Assembly (NCBI GenBank): GCA_965217775.1
Contig: CBDCJH010000002.1
Coordinates: 2,080,001-2,144,000 of the forward strand
From: Acidobacteriota bacterium
GTDB taxonomy: Bacteria; Acidobacteriota; UBA6911; RPQK01; JAJDTT01
Direction: 5' to 3'
Length of the DNA stretch: 64,000 bases
Shown: positions 39,773 through 46,732 of the stretch, one piece after another
Position numbering within the stretch: position 1 is the stretch's first letter
Layout: the number at the start of each line of letters is the position of its first letter
The notes under the pieces: generated by a model
Databases searched by the model: none
Told to the model about the DNA's origin: nothing
The model's input: only the letters and a program-made list of their open reading frames with translations
Made by a program: the position numbers and the translations under genes

Positions 39773-39801
39773 CGAGAGGAGGTGACTGTCCCCTTCTCGT
39801 C
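39773..39801 (+). repeat. Repeat R9
   Basis: CGAGAGGAGGTGACTGTCCCCTTCTCGTC. Confidence 0.95.
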
Positions 39802-39863
39802 CGATTTTGGACCCGTCGGTTAGCCGATCCCGGAGAGGCCGGCGGCTTTGGGAACTCGCGGGA
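39801..39863 (+). pseudogene. 63-bp 3' tail of the oxidoreductase cassette (third, vestigial copy)
   Basis: Aligns without gaps to 31658-31720 (PDFGPV.* plus trailer). Confidence 0.9.
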
Positions 39864-39892
39864 CGAGACGAGGTGACTGTCCCCTTCTCCCG
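39864..39892 (+). repeat. Repeat R10
   Basis: CGAGACGAGGTGACTGTCCCCTTCTCCCG. Confidence 0.95.
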
Positions 39893-40116
39893 CGCCCGGT
39901 TGCGGCGGGGGAGCGGAGCTGGCCCACGCGCTACAGTGCGAGACCGAGGGCCGATTTCGATGATCTGGAAGCTACCACTATTCAACTCGGGCTCCCGCAC
40001 CCGAGCTACTGGCCCGAGACTCGGGCAAGGGATAGACTGGGGGACAGGAGGGTAGTTCTCTGTGGGCTCGTCAGGCCGAGTGGGAACGTGTCGAAACAGC
40101 GGGTTGAGTAAAGACT

Positions 40117-41136
40117 ATGGACGTGAGTTTACGGGTTCCTGCGATAGAAAAACTCTTAGATTATGCCGCTAGTGGAATCGGGGCGATCGCCGGACCGATG
40201 TTAGCCAATTGGAGAGCATCCAGAGAAGGAAAGGCTCGACTCACTTCCGCCCATGTTGATGCGGAAGTGCGCCACATTGAAACGAAATCAAACACCCGAT
40301 CCTTGCAGATCATCGCCAAAGCTCAGGCCACGGCTCGGCAATCTATTGACACAACGATTGAGTCAGGGCACGGCATGGTGAAAATCACCCGTGACGACAT
40401 TACCCAGTCAATTGAGTTTCAGGGGCGAAAACGCCTAGCAAATGCCGGATCCGTCGTAGAGAGTGCTGCCGATGAGCTTGGCGGCAAGGAAGTTTCAGGT
40501 CACGAGCCTAACCATGACTGGACGGCGCGAGTCTTTAACTACATACAGGACGTATCTTCAGAAGAGATGCAGTTGCTTTGGGCGAAAGTGCTCGCTGGCG
40601 AGATTCAACGACCCGGGAGTACGTCCATTCAGGCTCTAAGTATTCTGAGAAATCTTGACCAGACCACGGCTAGACTTTTTGAAAAGCTCTGCTCCGCCTG
40701 TGTCTCGATTAGGGTGTCTGGAGATCATTTCATGGATGCTAGAGTTCCTTCATTGGGTGGTCATGCAGGACACAACGTCCTGCGAGATTACGGACTCAGT
40801 TTTGATAACCTCAATGTACTCAACGAGCATGGGCTCGTAATCTCCGACTACAACTCTTGGTACGACTACAGGCTGTGCATAGGGATTCGTATAGGCGAAC
40901 CTGTGCAGCACACCGTCCGAATTCCCTTCCGTTTTCAGGGGCGAAATTGGACTTTGAAGCCGACAACCGAACAGGCTGTAGACCAAGAATTCAAGTTATC
41001 GGGTGTAGCTTTGACCGGATCAGGACGGGAGCTGTCAAGGATTGTCGATTTGGTGCCCGTGAACAAGTACGCTCAAGCCCTAATGAATTTCTTTCAAAAG
41101 AATAATTTGAAAATGATTGAGGTTGATAGAGCCTGA
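40117..41136 (+). CDS. DUF2806-like protein
   Basis: DWTARVFNYIQDVSSEEMQLLWAKVLAGEIQRPGS...LTGSGREL. Confidence 0.75.
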   Translation: MDVSLRVPAIEKLLDYAASGIGAIAGPMLANWRASREGKARLTSAHVDAEVRHIETKSNTRSLQIIAKAQATARQSIDTTIESGHGMVKITRDDITQSIEFQGRKRLANAGSVVESAADELGGKEVSGHEPNHDWTARVFNYIQDVSSEEMQLLWAKVLAGEIQRPGSTSIQALSILRNLDQTTARLFEKLCSACVSIRVSGDHFMDARVPSLGGHAGHNVLRDYGLSFDNLNVLNEHGLVISDYNSWYDYRLCIGIRIGEPVQHTVRIPFRFQGRNWTLKPTTEQAVDQEFKLSGVALTGSGRELSRIVDLVPVNKYAQALMNFFQKNNLKMIEVDRA

Positions 41137-41531
41137 TAGATACGCTTGTCATTGAAGTCGGCACGGACGTTACCGGTCTTTGGGAAGGCTCCAATAAACC
41201 CCTTTTGTGCCCTGAGGGCTTCCCTGGAAGCACCCAGTTTGTTCAATGGGTCATTGCCTCGAACCATGAAGGGTCGGTTGGTTCGCAAGCGAATACTGTG
41301 AGCCGCGCCACCGTTTCTATTCAGCCAAGTCATCGTCTCTTTCAGCAATTCCACCATTCCCACTCATGTGTGTGTCTGCTGCGCCTTCGAAGAAGTGGTC
41401 ACCAAGGAGAAGCCGACCCCAAACTCAGCCATGACGAATGTTCTCTAGCATAACGGTCCGTGCTGAACAGGACAGATCATGTGCCAACGACAGTGCAGCG
41501 CACTAGGATTGCACGGTGGGATGGTTCCTCA

Positions 41532-42550
41532 ATGAGTATCGAGCAGCGCTTCGATGTTCCCGTCATCGCCGCAATGGCGCTCCGGGAGAAGCAGATCCAG
41601 CAGAACTACCGCCCGATCATCAGTGTCCATAAATGGTTCGCCCGCCGGCCGGGAACCTTGTTTCGCGGCCTCGTACTTGCAGAATTCGGCAAAGACCCAC
41701 TGAAAAATGCTTTCTTTCGAGCAAACAACTTTTACGGACTCCGGATCGCCGACTCGTTCATGGGCGGCGGCACGCCGCTGATCGAGGCGAATCGCGTTGG
41801 CTGTGACGTGGATGGTTGTGACGTCAACCCGATGGCGGCCTGGATCGTCCGTGAGGAGGTCGAACACATTGACATGCCGGCCTATGAACGGGCGGCTGAT
41901 GCGCTCACCGCTGCCCTCCGCTCGGAGATCGGCCGATACTATCGGACTTCCTGCCCCCACTACGGAGATGAGGACGTCCCGGTGGAATCCTTTCTGTGGC
42001 TCAAGCAACTCGATTGCGAAGCCTGCAGAATGCCCTTCGATCTATTCCCTGGCTACCTTCTCGCCAAGAATAGGCGGCACCCCAAAAATGTCCTGGTCTG
42101 TCCAACGTGCGGCGATCTCAACGAAGTCCGGTCGGATCTTGACACTTATGTCGATGCCGTGTTCGGGTGTCTCACGTTCGAGTTTCTCGTCATGCCCAAG
42201 GGCGACGGGTTTGTCGAGTTTCCCGTGTTCGAGAACGGGTACGAAGCCCTGAAGCGCGCCACCGCCAGCTTCCGCGAAGTCACCCCTGGTACAGTCGCAG
42301 CGGTTGTATTCGAGACGCCAATTTTACTGATCGTCCTTCGGTGCATGCTGGGGTTCACACCGCCGGAGTGGACTTAATACGCAAACAGGCACACCGGCGT
42401 CAACGTGACGCAGGGCGCGGCCCGTGCGATCGACCGGAAAATCCGCATGAAACCCGAGACGGCCTTGCCTACGAAGGGAAGTGTGACCGAACGGCGCATT
42501 CGCGCGCTGATCGCTGCCGCCTGTCATGCCCTGGAGTCCGGGGTTCGTGA
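41532..42550 (+). pseudogene. DUF1156-type adenine DNA methylase N-terminus fused to a fragment of another gene; internal stop, cut at R11
   Basis: VHKWFARRP, DSFMGGGT SAM motif, CxxC Zn ribbon, no catalytic DPPY. Sequence character changes at ~42130. TAA at 42375, then the frame stays open into R11. Confidence 0.7.
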
Positions 42551-42579
42551 GGAGAGGAGGTGACTGTCCCCTTCTCCCG
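42551..42579 (+). repeat. Repeat R11
   Basis: GGAGAGGAGGTGACTGTCCCCTTCTCCCG. Confidence 0.95.
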
Positions 42580-43023
42580 GGTGGGTCTGGCGGGGACGAA
42601 GTGGGCGCGGCACAGAGCTGGACGATGCGCCTGAAACTGCTGAAGATCGGGGCCCAGGTCCGGGTCACGACGCGCAAGGTCTGGTTGTCGTTTTCCGAGA
42701 GCTACCCCTATGCGGCGTTGTTGAGAACGGCTCTGGCGCAAGTGCAAGCCCTCCCGCTTCGCTGTTAGCGAGAACTCGCCCGATGCAAGACGTCCGGTTG
42801 GGAATCCGCGGGATGGACTTTGCCCTGGAGTCGGTTCATTGGGGGTGAAACGTCGCTCATGAGTGCCGGCGGGAGGCCAAATGCTTCTGGACTTTGCCGG
42901 ATTCCGGCATTCGTCAACGCATTCGAGCCGACGGCATGGTTCTCGATTTCATGTGGACAAGAAACCACTGAAATGCTGTTAATAAAACCGATTGTCGCGT
43001 CCGTGTTGAGAAATTGCGGCTAG
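42580..43023 (+). mobile_element. 3' remnant of an IS1380-like element
   Basis: TMRLKLLKIGAQVRVTTRKVWLSFSESYPY transposase C-terminus (stop at 42768); probable element end TGAGAAATTGCGGCTAG at ~43007-43023. Confidence 0.7.
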
Positions 43024-43073
43024 CAGTTGAAGGACGAATTGCTCTTGGGGTGTTGTCAGTTCTTCGGGTTCGG

Positions 43074-43550
43074 TCATGCTGTCCATTTGCAAAAGATGAG
43101 GCAAAGATTGACGATCATGGTAACGAAGAATAGTAATAGGAATGAAGTTGGCAGGATTGTCTCGACAACTGTTAGCTTTGCGTAGCTTCGATATTCCTTC
43201 CCTTCTTTCAGCAGTTCCCATTCTCGTTTGAAGAACGGATAAGGCAACTCCTTCTCCATTTCTTGCAAGGCTTTGAACTTTCCGGAGTTGAGTTGTCTGT
43301 AGGATCGAATAACAATGTACCACGAGAGTGAAAGGAAAATCCCCACGACTGAAGCGACGGCCAGGACGGTTGGCACGGGTCCGTCACCAAATCTGACTAA
43401 GGCTCCGGTAAATGCTACGAATGTTGTAAGCATCCCGGCATAAAGCCGATTGGCTCCCTCCCGACGTTGACTTACTCTGTCAGCAAGTCGAGCGTGAAGC
43501 TTGTAGATTTCCAATAGCGTACTGGATTGCGAATCGGGAGGATCGGTCAT
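43074..43550 (-). CDS. Small multi-TM putative defence effector (RipA/SLATT-like)
   Basis: LLEIYKL..ADRVSQRRE.ANRLY, two TM segments, SYRQLNSGKF..L.EME..LP, a further TM segment; 3 bp downstream of the TIR gene. Confidence 0.65.
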   Translation of the reverse strand: MTDPPDSQSSTLLEIYKLHARLADRVSQRREGANRLYAGMLTTFVAFTGALVRFGDGPVPTVLAVASVVGIFLSLSWYIVIRSYRQLNSGKFKALQEMEKELPYPFFKREWELLKEGKEYRSYAKLTVVETILPTSFLLLFFVTMIVNLCLIFCKWTA

Positions 43551-43553
43551 TGT

Positions 43554-43964
43554 CTAACCCTGCCTTCTAATCGCAGCGACGATACTCTCGGTATTCCAGT
43601 TAACAATCTCGTCGGCGGCCACCGTAACCACCGTTGACATATTCGTATTTCCCCACGGTTTAATTGCGATTATAGGTTTGGGGGACGAGAAACCGTTTTT
43701 TGCTATACCAATCTCTTCTTTTATCCACTTGCTATAAGTGGAGTACACTCCGGCCATGATAAGTATGACGTGACATGGTCTCATATGGTTTGTGATTGCT
43801 TCTCGAAGCTCGTCCTCATTGTCCGCGTCGTGGACTGGATCATCTTTGGGAACCGAATAGTCCCTGAACGAGAAGTAGGCTCTAGAATTCAAAAGATTTA
43901 TAAGTCTATCGTAATTCTCTGAGTAGGACCATGAATGGCTAATAAACAAATTGTAAGTTTTCAT
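43554..43964 (-). CDS. TIR domain protein (MTH538/DUF1863, ThsB-like)
   Basis: YNLFISHSW...DYSVP...SKWIKEEI...KPIIAI. Confidence 0.85.
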   Translation of the reverse strand: MKTYNLFISHSWSYSENYDRLINLLNSRAYFSFRDYSVPKDDPVHDADNEDELREAITNHMRPCHVILIMAGVYSTYSKWIKEEIGIAKNGFSSPKPIIAIKPWGNTNMSTVVTVAADEIVNWNTESIVAAIRRQG

Positions 43965-44209
43965 TCCTGTCTCCTTGAACGGTAGTCTCACCGTCGATTA
44001 CTGGGCAATCTGCTCACTTTACTACAATGGACTGACGAATACCTCAGTGACTTTCCTGAGTCGAAGGGAGTATCATGAACTGAGGACGGGCAATGACTGT
44101 CTGACTCCTGTAGCTCAGTCAAAGGTTCAGCAGGAGTCGCATTCTGGTTCTACCTGTCATCCTTCCCTTACCACAGGTTGGAGTCTGGCTTGAGTTTGTC
44201 AACTAGGAT

Positions 44210-44639
44210 TTATAATTCCCAATTCAAAACATTCTCGCCGAAATCTCCAAGAGAAGAGATCCGGTTCCTCAAGGCGGCAAGAGGGATGGAGTCAAAGTAG
44301 TTAGCAAGATCAGTGATGACGACGTAGTTGTAGGATCGCGCGAACTTCCAGATCCGTTCCTGGAATCGCGGCCACAGAATCCACCAAGGATACGCGAATG
44401 TGCCGTCAACCTCCTCGGGAGTCGGGAGAGCATGATTCTGGGAGTAGTAGGCGTTCGGATGGGGCTGATCAGCCCTGATCTCCCTCTCTAGAACATTGAC
44501 CAGAGTCTGGAGAAGAATAGCGTCTGCCGCCGACGGCAGAACCAATCGCCGAGGGATTCCTCCCCGTTTCTCTAGCAGTATGATCTCGGGTGGGGACGGG
44601 CGATACTGACCTGAAAGGACTTCACTTCTTAGCAAGGAC
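44210..44639 (-). pseudogene. Reverse transcriptase fragment (N-terminal motifs only), cut at R12
   Basis: SGQYRPSPP...EKRGGIPRRL..P...D...VVITDLANYFDSI; no PQG or YxDD motif. Confidence 0.75.
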
Positions 44640-44668
44640 CGAGAGGAGGTGGCTGTCCCCTTCTCACG
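44640..44668 (+). repeat. Repeat R12
   Basis: CGAGAGGAGGTGGCTGTCCCCTTCTCACG. Confidence 0.92.
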
Positions 44669-44758
44669 CGCACGCACGAGTGTTGGAACCTCTCCGCTGT
44701 GTCCAATGGAATCCAGGAGACGACCCAAGGGTGGCGAGAGTGTACGTGAGAACGATGG

Positions 44759-45031
44759 TCATTCGAGCGCTACGAGGCCCAGGATGACACTCATGACGAT
44801 GGCTGTGATGAGAGGGATAACGAGGTAGTAGAGGGTGAGGATGGCCAGGAAAACGTAGAGTATCCACTTGACAGCCCAGACCATGCCGCCGAGATGGCGA
44901 GCTAAGCCAGCCGGGGGAGCTTGTCGGCGCGGCGGCTGGCGCTGTTGGAGGGCCTTCCGCAGATTCTCCGCCTCGCGGCGCATCCTTTCCGCCCGCGAAG
45001 GGCCGGGCGCTGGCGGACATCCTCGAACCAC
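44759..45031 (-). CDS. Small hypothetical membrane protein or fragment
   Basis: Two hydrophobic C-terminal segments; start uncertain. Confidence 0.35.
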   Translation of the reverse strand: MVRGCPPAPGPSRAERMRREAENLRKALQQRQPPRRQAPPAGLARHLGGMVWAVKWILYVFLAILTLYYLVIPLITAIVMSVILGLVALE

Positions 45032-45259
45032 TGGCCTACATCTGGCGGGTCTTCCCCGTCAGCCTCCCTGAAAAGGCCCGAGAAGTAGTGGTCACGGACC
45101 TGCTCAACCAGAACAACCACCAGCCGTCCATTAGGTCGTCTGGTTGGCAAGTTCCATGGGTCATAAACTAAGTATAGCCCGCCTCAGAACGGACAATCCA
45201 CTTCCCCCACTGTGGACTGTCTCCTCTGGGGCCACAAAAAACGTGACCGATCTCCGTGG

Positions 45260-45287
45260 CGAGAGGAAATGACTTTCCCCTCTCTAA
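45260..45287 (+). repeat. Repeat R13 (degenerate, array-terminal)
   Basis: CGAGAGGAAATGACTTTCCCCTCTCTAA. Confidence 0.75.
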
Positions 45288-45377
45288 AGGGCAACAGACA
45301 TGGCTTTCAAAAACTCTTTTTTGCGCCTTTCGATTTCCTTCCCGTTGATCAGGATTTTCATAGATAAACTCCAATTT

Positions 45378-46019
45378 TCACTGTCGTCGGTCGGCGCCAC
45401 GCAGAGAGGTGGAAAGCTCCGGTGAGGGCGTTTGCAAACTCCATTCGGTCTTGTCGTGCAGACGATCTGGCGGTTCGGAAAGCAGCTCCCAGTGGTTCTC
45501 AAAGGCCAATAGATGGCGCTCGATCATCCTCAAATGGGCCAAGTGTGGGTGACCCGGTGCAATCGGAAAGCGCAAATGAAAGGGAAATGAGGGACTGCGT
45601 TGTGAGCCGTCCTTCTTCGGCACGGGGTACCAATAGTCGAAGTGCTTCTGAGTGAGCTTTTCTGCAAGGGCCACGGGCAGGACGACGAACCTGGGCGAAG
45701 CGCCATAGCTCACTCCGACAACGATGTCGGCCACGAGTGGACTGGGTTTAGAGTTGAACATCGGCTTGGAGCCATGAAGGTAACCGGTCCCGTAATAACC
45801 GAAGGCCAGTGACAGAGAGCGGGGATTCTCCGAGGTCGCATTGTTCGCTGTCTTCACTTGTACGGAGACTCGATGCAACCCCCTGATGGCCACCAAATCA
45901 GCATTGGATGCCATTTGCGCGGCATCAAGACGTACAGGGTGCCAACCATGTTCGATCAACTGCTTCTCGACTAGCAACTCGCCCAGTCGGCCAATTAGCT
46001 TAGTGTCCATGGTGGCCAT
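45378..46019 (-). CDS. Putative PD-(D/E)XK nuclease-fold protein
   Basis: IGRLGELLV...NADLVA...SVQVKT. Confidence 0.6.
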   Translation of the reverse strand: MATMDTKLIGRLGELLVEKQLIEHGWHPVRLDAAQMASNADLVAIRGLHRVSVQVKTANNATSENPRSLSLAFGYYGTGYLHGSKPMFNSKPSPLVADIVVGVSYGASPRFVVLPVALAEKLTQKHFDYWYPVPKKDGSQRSPSFPFHLRFPIAPGHPHLAHLRMIERHLLAFENHWELLSEPPDRLHDKTEWSLQTPSPELSTSLRGADRRQ

Positions 46020-46062
46020 GACTTTTCTCTTTGGGTCTGCTCTCCATGCCGGAGAGGAGTGC

Positions 46063-46662
46063 CTACTCAGAAGGTGTCCAGTTGAGACGATGTTCGATGC
46101 GGCTACGGTAGGGTGTCTTGATTCGCCGGGGGGCGTAGCGCACGTATTGCTTGGCATGGGCTCGGGCGCAGCCGGAGAGGCCGTCGAGATGTGCGACAGC
46201 CTCATCCTCTGTCGGACAGACACCCTCTTGGTCGAAGAATCTCGGTCCTAGTGCTGTCCAGATCACATGGTCAATACTACGGCTTGAAGCCCAGGCTCCT
46301 AGGTTTTCGATATTCGGCTCCCCGTTTTCTTTGGGCCAATGCCCGATCTTGCAGATGCTTGTTCCCTCTCGCCTTGCCAAGTCTCTCAGCGCTTCGTCTG
46401 GAGTCGTCACGGTCATACGAGCCCAGAAACTGCATACGGATTTCGGGGTGTCGTGTAGCACCAGAGTGAGACGGTCCCCCTTAGACTGACGCACGAATTC
46501 CACCTTAACCTTCGGGCCATCTGGCTGCCAGTCGCCAACCTCTTTCCCCAGCGTCTCGGCGCAACGCGCCCAGTACGGAAGATTCCTACGTGTCTTCAGC
46601 TTCTCTATGGGCAGCCCACCAAGATTCCAAATGAGCGATCCCCAGCCCAGACACACAATCAT
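46063..46662 (-). CDS. Hypothetical protein (GGCT/ChaC-like N-terminal motif)
   Basis: MIVCLGWGSLIW...VEFVRQS..RLTLV...LARREG. Confidence 0.6.
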   Translation of the reverse strand: MIVCLGWGSLIWNLGGLPIEKLKTRRNLPYWARCAETLGKEVGDWQPDGPKVKVEFVRQSKGDRLTLVLHDTPKSVCSFWARMTVTTPDEALRDLARREGTSICKIGHWPKENGEPNIENLGAWASSRSIDHVIWTALGPRFFDQEGVCPTEDEAVAHLDGLSGCARAHAKQYVRYAPRRIKTPYRSRIEHRLNWTPSE

Positions 46663-46732
46663 GTCGTAATTTTACAATCGTTAACTGAAATTATCGGCAG
46701 CAATCCCCGTCGCGCTCCCCACCTGAAATCAA

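Noticed and set aside
44210-44728. Functional retron, DGR or group II intron RT
   Set aside because: Only an N-terminal fragment without YxDD is present, the listed ORF start lies across repeat R12, and I saw no TR/VR pair or intron domain V.
30338-45287. CRISPR array interpretation of the 29-bp palindromic direct repeats
   Set aside because: Intervals are 62 bp to ~2.7 kb and contain genes; there are no cas genes in the window.
30338-45287. Classical integron or CALIN
   Set aside because: The sites lack RYYYAAC/GTTRRRY boxes and are short and near-identical, genes lie on both strands, and no IntI is present.
30338-45287. Repeats as simple rho-independent terminators or RBS elements
   Set aside because: There is no U-tract, orientation is fixed regardless of gene direction, and several copies interrupt reading frames. 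The GGAGG is not consistently followed by real genes.
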